Assembly: GCA_964588165.1 (NCBI GenBank)
Contig: CAZPMS010000002.1
Location: 105,839 to 169,838 of the forward strand
Direction: 5' to 3'
Source: an uncultured Gammaproteobacteria bacterium
GTDB taxonomy: Bacteria; Patescibacteriota; Patescibacteriia; UBA1558; UBA10009
Length of the DNA stretch: 64,000 bases
The position numbers were made by a program, and so were the translations under genes. Numbering within the stretch: position 1 is the stretch's first letter; each line of letters starts with the position of its first letter. A model generated the notes under the pieces. It was not told where the DNA came from. It did no database searches and saw only the letters and a program-made list of their open reading frames with translations. This document shows, in pieces, positions 37,922 to 47,430 of this stretch.

Positions 37922-38143
37922 TCAACAGTATGTTTCTACTACCACATCGGGTAGTAGATTAAGCTGACGAATCTGTTCAGAGGATAAAATATCTCCACTG
38001 ATTTCGTAAGATCCAATTTGAAGTGTTTCCCAGCCCGGAATAATTCCCGAAACGTTTATTGGGCGAGTGGGAACTAAAATCCGGCATTTTCTTTGAGTTA
38101 GTGCTAACGTCAAGCTCATGTTAACCTCACAAGTAAAGGACAA
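37922..38143 (-). CDS. hypothetical small protein (73 aa; may start at internal Met)
   Basis: SD-like gtgaggt upstream of start; downstream of glnA on same strand. Confidence 0.35.
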   Translation of the reverse strand: MSFTCEVNMSLTLALTQRKCRILVPTRPINVSGIIPGWETLQIGSYEISGDILSSEQIRQLNLLPDVVVETYC

Positions 38144-38235
38144 TTTTTTTCATCTAATAAAAATAGGTTATAATTTATTCTTGATTTTGTCAATTACAAA
38201 TAAAAACGGTTTCTTTAGAAAAGAAACCGCGCTGA

Positions 38236-38448
38236 TTATTCCTGGATAGTGATTCCATCTTGCTCTCTTAGCCAGCATTCAGCCAGTCCAATATTGGTAT
38301 CGGGTATAACTAGCCAGGGATGAGAATTATCTAAAGGGCTGTCAATTCTTTCAACTCTGTGTTTTCCGGGTTGCAGATTCTGGTGGGCTGGCTCGCCATT
38401 TTTATTGCCATCTCGGAGTGGAAGAACTTTGCTAGTGATTAAAATCAT
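38236..38448 (-). CDS. hypothetical small protein (70 aa) immediately downstream of glnA
   Basis: strong SD aggaggg 5 nt upstream of ATG on minus strand; followed by perfect hairpin terminator at 38199-38230. Confidence 0.5.
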   Translation of the reverse strand: MILITSKVLPLRDGNKNGEPAHQNLQPGKHRVERIDSPLDNSHPWLVIPDTNIGLAECWLREQDGITIQE

Positions 38449-38535
38449 CTTACCCTCCTGCTTTTTACTTGAACTTACTTCACAATATCAACTTACTATT
38501 TTAGTGATAATTTGTCAATTTATAGTTAAAATTAT

Positions 38536-39906
38536 CTATAAATATCTTTTAATTTCCCAAGGAGTTACTTCTTGCCTGGCACTGGCAATATCTTTATTAG
38601 CGGCACTGGCAAGTGAGTTCAAAACGTGCTTGCCTAAAAGGCTGGTTAAAGTATAATCATTTTTTAATTCAGCCAAGGCTTCTGCCAGGCTTTCTGGCAA
38701 AGTTTCAATATTCTTGGATGATTTTTCCTTTTCAGTCATTTGGTACAGGCTTTCTTCAATTGGATCTGGATGGGTAAAATTATTTTCTATGCCGTCAAGT
38801 CCGCAGGCCAACATAGCAGCAAAGGTTAAATAGGGGTTGGCTTTGGGGTCTGGGTTTCTTAATTCAGCGCGGGAAGATTTGGGGCTGCCTTTAGTAATTT
38901 TAGGAATCCTGATTAAAGCGGAGCGGTTAATTCTGCCCCAGCAGATATTTACCGGCGCCTCAAAGCCTGGTATTAAGCGTTTGTAAGAATTAACAGAAGG
39001 GTTTGTTAAAGCTGTTAGGGCTTTGGCGTGGTGCAGTTGCCCGGCAATAAATTGGTAGGCTGTTTCAGAAAGTTGATATTTGTCATTTTCATTATAAAAA
39101 GCATTAACATCACCTTTAAATAAGCTTTGGTGGATATGCATGCCGGAACCGTTTACCCCTTGCAGAGGTTTTGGCATAAAAGTGGCTTTTAAAGATTCAT
39201 TATTGGCGTAAGCTTTAATGGCTGATTTAATGGTTAAGATATTATCTGCTGTTTTTAAGGCTAAATCATATTTAGTATCAATTTCATGCTGGCCTTCGGC
39301 CACTTCGTGGTGGTAAGCTTCGCCTTTAATATTAAACGCATTTAAAGAATCCATAACCTTTCGGCAAATCCTGGAGGCTCGGCTTAAGGGCGTATAATCA
39401 AAATAGCCTTTATGGTCATGCGGAGCCAGCCTGTTTGGCAGTTCGTTTCTTTCAAATAAAAAGAATTCCAACTCGGCCGCAGTATAATAATCAAAACCTA
39501 AGCGTTTTGCTTGGGCTACAACTTTTTTTAAAATAAACCTGGGGTCGCCCTCAAAAGGCTCGCCATCTGTAGTAAAAATATCGCAAATTAAGCGGGCTGT
39601 TTTAAATTCAGTATTGGTCCAGGGTAAAATGGCAAAGGTGTTTAAATCCGGCTTTAACAGCATGTCGCTTTCGTAAATTCTGGCATGTCCTTCCACAGAA
39701 GAGCCGTCATACCAAATGCCATTTTCCACTGTTTCTGCAAAACGGTGAACTTCTATTTCCACCACTTTAATATTGCCCAAAAGGTCAGAAAATTGGAGCA
39801 ACAAGGTTTTTACCTCCTCTTTTTTTAGTATTTCTTGAATCTGTTCTTGGTCCATAAAGCAAAAAAGCTTAAAGATTATTTTCAAGTTAGATTTAATATA
39901 CAACAA
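38536..39906 (-). CDS. glnA: glutamine synthetase type I
   Basis: 456 aa ORF (probable start at MDQEQIQ); GS catalytic motifs. Confidence 0.9.
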   Translation of the reverse strand: MLYIKSNLKIIFKLFCFMDQEQIQEILKKEEVKTLLLQFSDLLGNIKVVEIEVHRFAETVENGIWYDGSSVEGHARIYESDMLLKPDLNTFAILPWTNTEFKTARLICDIFTTDGEPFEGDPRFILKKVVAQAKRLGFDYYTAAELEFFLFERNELPNRLAPHDHKGYFDYTPLSRASRICRKVMDSLNAFNIKGEAYHHEVAEGQHEIDTKYDLALKTADNILTIKSAIKAYANNESLKATFMPKPLQGVNGSGMHIHQSLFKGDVNAFYNENDKYQLSETAYQFIAGQLHHAKALTALTNPSVNSYKRLIPGFEAPVNICWGRINRSALIRIPKITKGSPKSSRAELRNPDPKANPYLTFAAMLACGLDGIENNFTHPDPIEESLYQMTEKEKSSKNIETLPESLAEALAELKNDYTLTSLLGKHVLNSLASAANKDIASARQEVTPWEIKRYL

Positions 39907-39959
39907 TCTTAGACGACTATTTATGGTCTGGCAAATGAAACTTTGTGGATAATTGAAAA

Positions 39960-41087
39960 ATGGACATTTTTTTGTTAAGCTTAAGTAAGTTTATGAAAGA
40001 GATTATAGATAAAATAGAAGAATTTAAATCCAAGATTCAAGATTTAGAGTCCAAGGTAGGCTTAGATTCAAAAAAATCTGAAATAAAAAATCTGGAACAG
40101 GAAATGAACCAGCCCGGTTTTTGGCAAGACCAAGAGCGGGCCAAATGGATTTCTCAAAAAGTTGCCGATTTAAAAGAGGAAATAAAAAATTGGCAGGATT
40201 TAAATGATGAGGTTGGCTTGCTTTTGGCTTTAGCCGATGATGACGAAGATGATAAGAAAACAAATTTAGAGTCAGAAATTAATGCTAAGTATCAAGAATT
40301 GGAACATCAGTTTACTGATTTGGAAGTGGCTACTGTTTTATCCGGCAAATATGATGATAATAATTCCGTTTTATCCATTTATGCCGGAGCCGGCGGTGAT
40401 GACGCCCAAGACTGGGCCCAAATGCTCCTTAGAATGTATTTAAGATTTTTTGAAAAAAGAAATTGGCAAGCAAAAATTTTAGATGAATCAAAAGGTGCAG
40501 AGGCTGGAATAAAGTCAGTAACTGTGGAAGTAAAAGGCAGGCTTGCCTATGGTTATTTAAAGTCAGAGTCGGGCGTCCATAGATTAGTCAGGCTTTCACC
40601 ATTTGATGCTGATAATGCCAGGCATACTTCATTTGCTATGGTGGAAGTTGTTCCGGAACTGGAACAGGAGTCAGATTTAGAAACAAAAGATGAAGATTTA
40701 AAAATTGATACTTTTAAAGCTTCTGGACATGGAGGCCAAGGAGTTAATACTACAGATTCAGCTGTTCGGATCACCCATTTGCCAACAGGTATTACGGCCA
40801 CTTGCCAAAACGAACGTTCGCAACATCAAAATAAAGATACAGCTTTAAAATATTTAAAAGGCAAGCTGGCTAAATATAACGAAGCAAAACAAGAAGATGA
40901 ACGGCAACGTTTAAGGGGTGAATTTACCGAAGCAGCCTGGGGCAACCAGATCCGTTCTTATGTTCTGCATCCTTATAAAATGGTTAAAGACCACCGGACA
41001 GATTATGAGGAAAAGGATCCGGATAAGGTTTTAGATGGAGACTTGGATGAATTTATCCAAGTTTACTTAAAAAGCCAACTCAAGTAA
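39960..41087 (+). CDS. prfB: peptide chain release factor 2 (SPF and GGQ motifs), no programmed frameshift
   Basis: 375 aa continuous ORF; RLSPFD and SGHGGQ motifs. Confidence 0.85.
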   Translation: MDIFLLSLSKFMKEIIDKIEEFKSKIQDLESKVGLDSKKSEIKNLEQEMNQPGFWQDQERAKWISQKVADLKEEIKNWQDLNDEVGLLLALADDDEDDKKTNLESEINAKYQELEHQFTDLEVATVLSGKYDDNNSVLSIYAGAGGDDAQDWAQMLLRMYLRFFEKRNWQAKILDESKGAEAGIKSVTVEVKGRLAYGYLKSESGVHRLVRLSPFDADNARHTSFAMVEVVPELEQESDLETKDEDLKIDTFKASGHGGQGVNTTDSAVRITHLPTGITATCQNERSQHQNKDTALKYLKGKLAKYNEAKQEDERQRLRGEFTEAAWGNQIRSYVLHPYKMVKDHRTDYEEKDPDKVLDGDLDEFIQVYLKSQLK

Positions 41088-41096
41088 AATAAGTTT

Positions 41097-42497
41097 ATGA
41101 AATTATATAATACTCTCACTCGCAAAAAGGAAGAATTCAAACCTTTAAAAGGTAAAAAGGTCAGTTTATATTCCTGCGGGCCGACTGTTTATAACTTTGC
41201 TCACATTGGCAACCTTAGAACTTATATTTTTGAAGATATTTTAAGGCGGGCTTTGGAATTCAATAATTATAAAGTAAAACAAGTAATGAATATTACAGAT
41301 GTCGGTCATTTAACCTCAGATGCTGATAGCGGTGAAGACAAATTAGAAAAAGGCGCAAAAAGGGAAGGCAAAACTGTTTGGGAAATTGCTGAATTCTACA
41401 CCAAGGCTTTTAAGCAGGATCTTAAAGATTTAAATATTTTAGAGCCTCATAAATGGGTTAAAGCCACTGATTGCATCAAGGATCAAATCAAATTTATTAA
41501 AAAGTTAGAAAAGAAGGGTTTAACTTACAAAATATCAGACGGTATTTATTTTAATACTTCAAAATATCCTGATTATCCAAAATTGGCCAAGTTAAATTTA
41601 GAAGGCCAAAAAGAGGGTGCCAGAGTAGAGGCTAACAATGAAAAAAAGAATCCAACCGATTTCTCGGTTTGGAAGTTTAGCTATCCGAACGGGAGATCTT
41701 TCGACTCCGCTCAGGATGACGCCTCAAAGAGGCGTCAGATGGAATGGAACAGCCCTTGGGGTAAAGGATTCCCGGGTTGGCATTTGGAATGTTCGGCCAT
41801 TAGTTTAAAAAATTTAGGCAAGGAGTTTGATATTCATACTGGCGGAATTGATCATATTCCAATTCATCATACTAATGAACGTGCTCAAAATTGGGGATTA
41901 GTAGGAAAAGAGTCAGTAAAGTTCTGGATGCATGGAGAGTTCCTAATTATAAACGAAGGTAAGATGGCTAAGTCAGAAGATAATTTTATCACTCTTCAAA
42001 CTTTAAAAGATAGAAACATCAATCCGTTGGCATATAAATATTTTGTATTGCAGGCCCATTACAGATCAAAACTTAATTTTAGTTGGAAAGCTTTGGAGGC
42101 CGCACAAACAGGTTATAATAATTTAATCAGAGATATCAAAGGTTTAGAAAGGCCTGGGAAAGCTTGCAGTAGCTGTAAAGAAAGATTTTTAAAAATTATT
42201 AATGATGATCTTAATACTGCGGAAGCCTTGGCTTTGGTTCAGGAATTGTTAAAGTCAGATAAGCCTTCTTCTAAAAAACGTCAGACCATTATTGAATTTG
42301 ATAAAGTTTTGGGTTTGAATTTGAATCAATATAAACAAGAAAAAGAACCATCAGCTGAAGTTAAAAAGTTAATAGAAGAACGTCAGCTTGCGCGTAAGAA
42401 TAAAGATTATAAAAAATCTGATGAGTTACGTCAGCAGTTAGAAGAACAGGGGATTAGGATTAAGGATTTGCCGAATGATGGATACGAGATAGAATAA
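41097..42497 (+). CDS. cysS: cysteinyl-tRNA synthetase with 15-aa in-frame insertion
   Basis: 466 aa; [13 protein letters not shown] (HIGH), KMAKS; extra [15 protein letters not shown] segment between WK and SPWG. Confidence 0.9.
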   Translation: MKLYNTLTRKKEEFKPLKGKKVSLYSCGPTVYNFAHIGNLRTYIFEDILRRALEFNNYKVKQVMNITDVGHLTSDADSGEDKLEKGAKREGKTVWEIAEFYTKAFKQDLKDLNILEPHKWVKATDCIKDQIKFIKKLEKKGLTYKISDGIYFNTSKYPDYPKLAKLNLEGQKEGARVEANNEKKNPTDFSVWKFSYPNGRSFDSAQDDASKRRQMEWNSPWGKGFPGWHLECSAISLKNLGKEFDIHTGGIDHIPIHHTNERAQNWGLVGKESVKFWMHGEFLIINEGKMAKSEDNFITLQTLKDRNINPLAYKYFVLQAHYRSKLNFSWKALEAAQTGYNNLIRDIKGLERPGKACSSCKERFLKIINDDLNTAEALALVQELLKSDKPSSKKRQTIIEFDKVLGLNLNQYKQEKEPSAEVKKLIEERQLARKNKDYKKSDELRQQLEEQGIRIKDLPNDGYEIE

Positions 42498-42553
42498 ATT
42501 GAGTTTATTAAAAAACAGCCTATCAAACTGACAGACTGTTTTTTAGTTTTTGT

Positions 42554-43246
42554 TTATTTAGTAAATTCAAAAGTGTTTAGTATTTCGTCCAGAGCGGAAA
42601 AGTCATTATTTCCCCCAGCAATTTGGTTGATAGTGCCCAGATTATTCCAGCCTTCGGGGATTGATGTAAATTCTATTTTAGTTCTGGCAGTAGGAATGTT
42701 ACCGCCCCAGTTCTGATTAGAGTCGGGAGTGTAAATAGTTTTAAGAGCAGATTTTTCATCTATTATAATATTTTCCTTGTTTTCATTCCAGATACCATCT
42801 TGAAATAGTACATAATTGCTTAGTGGACTGACAATAAATTTTTCGTCATCATTTTCTATTATTATATAGATGTACTTAGAATCATCCGGGTATGTTCCAG
42901 ATTTTTCTGACAAAATCCAGCTATTTGGATACTCAAAACTGAAGTTATATAAATCATTTGTGTAAACTTTCCAATTAGATTGTTCATCATCAGAACTATC
43001 TACAGGTTCGTTAGTATTTAATTCATCTTGTTTTACTTGAGTTTGCTGAAGCTGACTGATTTGGTTTTGTAATAAGGTGATTTCTTGCTGAAAGTTTTTT
43101 TCAGTTGTTTTTAAATTTGAATTTTGCCAAGCATAAACACCGCCGCCAAATATTAGAGCGGTAATTACAATTGAAACAATTATAACCCAGGGGTTTTTTG
43201 AGCCTTGGATTGGTTCTGGTGTTGGCAACTCGTTTTGTTCATCCAT
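42554..43246 (-). CDS. hypothetical membrane-anchored protein with coiled-coil
   Basis: 230 aa; N-terminal TM, Q-rich coiled coil. Confidence 0.45.
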   Translation of the reverse strand: MDEQNELPTPEPIQGSKNPWVIIVSIVITALIFGGGVYAWQNSNLKTTEKNFQQEITLLQNQISQLQQTQVKQDELNTNEPVDSSDDEQSNWKVYTNDLYNFSFEYPNSWILSEKSGTYPDDSKYIYIIIENDDEKFIVSPLSNYVLFQDGIWNENKENIIIDEKSALKTIYTPDSNQNWGGNIPTARTKIEFTSIPEGWNNLGTINQIAGGNNDFSALDEILNTFEFTK

Positions 43247-43316
43247 AATGAATTTTGTTAAGTAATTATAAGTTTAATTTTAGCTAATAATAGTAAAAAA
43301 ATCAATATATTAGTTA

Positions 43317-43459
43317 TTGACAAAATATGAAATATATGATAAATTTAGGCGTATTTTAAGTAAACAGGACTTTGACAAAGTAGTTAAAAACACCCCAAAA
43401 TGGGGCTTTTCGCGGAACGCAGAGTAGCAAAAAGCTACCTGCAACAGGAGATTGGATTG
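43317..43459 (+). repeat. duplicated promoter/5'-leader, copy 1 (~90% identical to 45226-45360)
   Basis: ttgacaaaatatgaaatatatgataaat...aacaccccaaaatggggcttttcgcggaacgcag...; contains extended -10-like TGaTAAAT and a small hairpin. Confidence 0.75.
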
Positions 43460-45148
43460 ATGAAACGATTCACACTCAGTATTCTTGTGATCGCCATGCT
43501 GGCGATGGTTGTTGGTGTTCAGGCCGAGCCGATTTATCTCGGTACTGTGGACAAGAGTGAATTTATCCAGCAGGGCCAAACCGGCGAACTGGATGAGATT
43601 ATTGACCCCGAGATAATAGGAGGCTATTTGTTTGAATGCTCTATCAGCCATCAAGGATTATTTTATTCGGCTTGGCTTGATAACGGCCAAGGAGTTCCGT
43701 TTGCTATAAATCTTGCTTGTTTTTCACAACAAGAAGGTGAGCCTTTTGAACTTTGGAGGATGGAGATTGATTTAGATGGAAGAAGTGTTATACCTCATGA
43801 TATATTAGTTCACAACGACCAGATTTTTATTCTAGCTGAAGTTGAAGATGATGGTTATTATCTTTCTTTGATAAAGGTGGAGAATCAAGAAGTTGCTTCA
43901 ATCGCTCTCACTGAACGCGATCTTAGTTTTAGATTCCATTTTTCCTCAAATCTAGTTTTGGGTGAGGATGGGACGGCATTAGCTTATTGGGCATTAAGAA
44001 GTGATAGTTTTGTCACTTGTATGGTCATTGATCTTGACGCCTTTGTGCCAGTAGCTCATTCAATTGTGTTAGATATTACTTATTTGGTAGTTGACGATAT
44101 AAATTCTGGTTGCGAAACTAGGCCGTCTTTTGTAAACGGCGCTTGGACATTTTTTGCTAATAATGTAACGAGAGATTGCGAGCTAAAGGTGGTCGTTTGG
44201 CCTAGTGGGCTGGCAGAGCAAACGATAATTTGGGACGGAATGCTCGTCGGCGCGTCCTTTATAATGGAATACCCAGTAGGCTCTTTTTTTAGGACTCTTG
44301 GCCGGGGTTATAATGATCCCGGTACTTGGTTTATTCAGGATCGTACTTTATCTGGGAATTTTTTAAGGCAGACAGAAATTTGTGGGGCTTCTGAGGGGCT
44401 TTCGCCTAAGTATTCTCAAATAAATAATAATATTGCTTTTATCCAACAAAGCAGCGTGTTTGAGCCTGATTATTTCAATTATATTATTATTATAAACGAT
44501 CAAAGCCAGGTAAGTGTTGTTCCTTTAGCCTTTGATCACATGCATCGGCTGTCTTCTAATATAGCCTGGCTTGAGGGAGAAAGGTTGGCTAATATAAGAG
44601 TAGTCGAAAGCGCGGGTGGCTATGAAGTAGATGAACTTGTTTATGTTGAGTTGTCTGCTGACGGTCAAGTAATAAGGCAGATGACTTTAGCACCATATCT
44701 TGCGCCACATACTGTTTACAATGAGGAGTATTGGTGTACTTCGATAATCCAGCCAGCAGATGACGGTGGGGCCTGGGTTCTTTGGGAAGAACCCTTAAGT
44801 GAGGAGCAATATTGGTTTTCCAAGTTATATCTTGAATATGTTGCTCCACCGGCTCCTAACCAACCAACCCCATCAGTAAACACCGAACAGGAACAGTTCA
44901 GTGTTCATCCTAACCCATTTAACGCTTCTACGACCGTTACAGTCAATCTACCACAGGCAGGTAAGCTGAAGGTAAACGTCTTTGACGTTCTGGGTCGTCA
45001 GGTTGCAGAGTTGGCCAATAGTCAGCTCGAAGCTGGCCAACATCAGTTCACGCTGGACGGTTCAAATATGTCCAGTGGCATTTACTTCGTCCGTGCGAAT
45101 ACGATGGATGGTTTGCATGATGTTCGCAAGATCATTTTGATGAAGTAG
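43460..45148 (+). CDS. secreted protein with T9SS type-A C-terminal sorting domain (Por_Secre_tail-like); higher GC than surroundings
   Basis: start chosen at ATG 43460 with SD aggaga (track start 43400 lies in duplicated leader); signal peptide; C-terminal HPNPFNASTTVTVNLPQAGKLKVNVFDVLGRQVAELANSQLEAGQHQFTLDGSNMSSGIYFVRA...KIILMK. Confidence 0.7.
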   Translation: MKRFTLSILVIAMLAMVVGVQAEPIYLGTVDKSEFIQQGQTGELDEIIDPEIIGGYLFECSISHQGLFYSAWLDNGQGVPFAINLACFSQQEGEPFELWRMEIDLDGRSVIPHDILVHNDQIFILAEVEDDGYYLSLIKVENQEVASIALTERDLSFRFHFSSNLVLGEDGTALAYWALRSDSFVTCMVIDLDAFVPVAHSIVLDITYLVVDDINSGCETRPSFVNGAWTFFANNVTRDCELKVVVWPSGLAEQTIIWDGMLVGASFIMEYPVGSFFRTLGRGYNDPGTWFIQDRTLSGNFLRQTEICGASEGLSPKYSQINNNIAFIQQSSVFEPDYFNYIIIINDQSQVSVVPLAFDHMHRLSSNIAWLEGERLANIRVVESAGGYEVDELVYVELSADGQVIRQMTLAPYLAPHTVYNEEYWCTSIIQPADDGGAWVLWEEPLSEEQYWFSKLYLEYVAPPAPNQPTPSVNTEQEQFSVHPNPFNASTTVTVNLPQAGKLKVNVFDVLGRQVAELANSQLEAGQHQFTLDGSNMSSGIYFVRANTMDGLHDVRKIILMK

Positions 45149-45173
45149 AACTTGTTCTTTACATGATTTATTT

Positions 45174-45207
45174 AACCGCGTTTCTCAACAGAGAGATGCG
45201 GTTTTTT
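45174..45207 (+). terminator. rho-independent terminator (ccgcgtttctc...gagagatgcgg + T-run)
   Basis: hairpin plus tttttt; homologous terminator after the second gene. Confidence 0.55.
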
Positions 45208-45225
45208 CTTTGCTATTGACAAAAT

Positions 45226-45360
45226 ATGAAATATATGGTAAATTAATACGTATTTTAAGTAAACAGGACTTTGACAAAGTAGTTAAAAAACACCCCAAAA
45301 AGGGGCTTTCCGCGGAACGCAGATAGTCTAAAGAGACATCTGCAACTTGAGGAGAAGTCG
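45226..45360 (+). repeat. duplicated promoter/5'-leader, copy 2
   Basis: see copy 1. Confidence 0.75.
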
Positions 45361-47199
45361 ATGAACCGGATCTTTACTGTTATTTTTGCAATCGTCATGA
45401 TGATGGCGATTGGTTTTTCAGTCAATGCGACTGAGGCACCTGATTTCAGTTGGGATTACACCATACAGAATGGTGAGTCAGACTGGGCCAACAGTGTCAT
45501 TCAGGCCGAAGATGGTGGCTATCTCGTCATCGGTAACTCAAGTTCATTCAGTCCGAACGAACAAGCCAACCTTTACCTCCACAAGATCAATGCGGAAGCC
45601 GAGTTTGAGTGGGAGGTCGCGCTTGGTGGTGATCTTCATTACTACTCCGGCCTGCATGGAATCCAAGCCGAAGATGGTGGTTATGTTATAACTGGTCAGA
45701 GGCACGAAGGTATCGGAGGCTCGTCAGATTTGGCTTTGATGAAAATTTCAGCAAACGGCCAGGGGATTTGGGAGCAAGTGTTTGGTAATCCGAATATAAC
45801 CGAATATGGGAGCTATGTTCAGCAAACTGCGGATGGTGGTTACATTGTAACCGGTACAAGCTATGCTGAGCAGTTCGACCATGTCTTGGTACTTAAGACA
45901 GATACCAACGGTAACGAGATTTGGGCCAATGTATATCTGGGACATCACGGTGAATCTATCCGTCAGACTTCAGACGGAGGCTACATTTTGGTTGGTGATG
46001 TTTCGGGGCAAAATTCGGACGTTCAAATCCTGAGGCTTGATCCGAACGGCAATGTTATTCGGCAGGATATTTTTGGTGGCGGTAGTTTTGACCATGCCTA
46101 TTCCATGGTTCTGACCGACGAGGACCACTGTGTAGTAACGGGTTCGAGTCAGACCGGCGGTGATCCTTCCAGGGTTTGGTTGTTTGAGGTCGATTTGGAT
46201 GGTCAGATGGTTTGGGAGTGTTTATATTCCGAACTTGACCTAAACGAAGGTTGTACTGTCCGATCGACCGAAGACGGCGGATATGTAATTTCGGCAGTTC
46301 GGTGGTATGGCCAGCTTGATACTGAGACTTCACTGGTCAAGACAAATGATCATGGCGGGCTGGAATGGACCAAGACATTTTATTTTATTGAAACCGGCCA
46401 TGCAGGAGACACTGTTCAGCAAACATTCGATGGTGGCTATATCGCTGTCGGTAACTACGAGATGGAGGATACTAATCATTTTATCAAAGTTTTCAAGCTT
46501 ACCGCTGAACTTCCTGATGTAACGGTTATTCTCACTCCTCACCAGGTTGATATTCAGATCCCTGCTGGCGGTGGTTCGTTCAATTTTGATATCGAAATCG
46601 CCAACGTTTCCGACGAAACACAGTACGTTGATGTTTGGACAGAGATTTATCTGCCCAGCGGATATACCTATCCGGTTCTGAGCCGTTCGAATATTGAACT
46701 GGCAGTCGGGGAGGTTATCACTCGTTCAAATCTTCAACAGATGGTGCCGGGCGGAGTGGCAGCTGGCGAGTATATGTATTTCGCTGTTGTAAAAGATCAC
46801 AACACTTGGGAGGTGTTGGATCATGACAAGTTCAGCTTCGTGAAGTTGCCGGGCAATGGGGTGGCGAGTGTTCAACCCGTGAACTGGCCGGGCTTTTCCG
46901 GCTGGGATGATATTGAAGTAACAAATCCAATTGTTACAGAATCCAAGCTTAGTTCGGTCTACCCCAATCCGTTCAATCCTACCACAACGGTCTCGATCAG
47001 TTTATCGCAAGCTGGGAATGTTCAGCTGGCGGTTTACAACGCGCTCGGCCGGCAAGTCGTAGAATTGGCCAATAGTCAACTCGAAGCAGGCGAGCATCAA
47101 TTCACTCTGGATGGTACAAACCTTTCCAGTGGAACGTATTTCATTCGAATGGACGCCGGTGAGACATCACGAACGCATCGGGTAATTCTGATGAAGTAA
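45361..47199 (+). CDS. secreted beta-propeller-like (DGGY repeats) protein with T9SS type-A C-terminal sorting domain; higher GC
   Basis: 612 aa; signal peptide; seven ~45-aa repeats each containing (E/A)DGGY; C-terminal YPNPFNPTTTVSISLSQAGNVQLAVYNALGRQVVELANSQLEAGEHQFTLDGTNLSSGTYFIRM...RVILMK. Confidence 0.75.
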   Translation: MNRIFTVIFAIVMMMAIGFSVNATEAPDFSWDYTIQNGESDWANSVIQAEDGGYLVIGNSSSFSPNEQANLYLHKINAEAEFEWEVALGGDLHYYSGLHGIQAEDGGYVITGQRHEGIGGSSDLALMKISANGQGIWEQVFGNPNITEYGSYVQQTADGGYIVTGTSYAEQFDHVLVLKTDTNGNEIWANVYLGHHGESIRQTSDGGYILVGDVSGQNSDVQILRLDPNGNVIRQDIFGGGSFDHAYSMVLTDEDHCVVTGSSQTGGDPSRVWLFEVDLDGQMVWECLYSELDLNEGCTVRSTEDGGYVISAVRWYGQLDTETSLVKTNDHGGLEWTKTFYFIETGHAGDTVQQTFDGGYIAVGNYEMEDTNHFIKVFKLTAELPDVTVILTPHQVDIQIPAGGGSFNFDIEIANVSDETQYVDVWTEIYLPSGYTYPVLSRSNIELAVGEVITRSNLQQMVPGGVAAGEYMYFAVVKDHNTWEVLDHDKFSFVKLPGNGVASVQPVNWPGFSGWDDIEVTNPIVTESKLSSVYPNPFNPTTTVSISLSQAGNVQLAVYNALGRQVVELANSQLEAGEHQFTLDGTNLSSGTYFIRMDAGETSRTHRVILMK

Positions 47200-47226
47200 A
47201 CTTTTCGAACATTATTCATTACACCA

Positions 47227-47261
47227 CACCGCATTTCTCAATAGAGAGATGCGGTTTTTTT
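47227..47261 (+). terminator. rho-independent terminator (ccgcatttctc-aatagagagatgcgg + T-run)
   Basis: hairpin + ttttttt. Confidence 0.6.
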
Positions 47262-47278
47262 GTTTAACTATTAAGGGC

Positions 47279-47299
47279 TAAGGATTAAGGATTAGAAGT
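47279..47299 (+). repeat. left inverted repeat AAGGATTAAGGATTAGAA of four-helix-bundle cassette (extra partial copy at 47394-47412)
   Basis: reverse complement present at 47800-47826. Confidence 0.65.
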
Positions 47300-47430
47300 T
47301 GAGATTGATTATTTTTTAATAATGATTTAGGATGATTATAAGTAATAAGGGTCATTTCGGATTTTTCCGGAGGGCCTTTTTTTATTTTAAGGACTAAGGA
47401 TTAAGGACTAATAATTAAAAAAATCAAAAT

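Noticed and set aside
39960-40100. Programmed +1 frameshift site in prfB
   Set aside because: The RF2 reading frame is continuous from the start region through the GGQ domain; no CTT TGA shift site is needed.
43400-43459. Track start codon of the first T9SS-CTD gene at 43400
   Set aside because: This ATG lies inside the duplicated leader; the second copy has AAG at the same place. A proper SD (aggaga) precedes the ATG at 43460, which begins a typical signal peptide.
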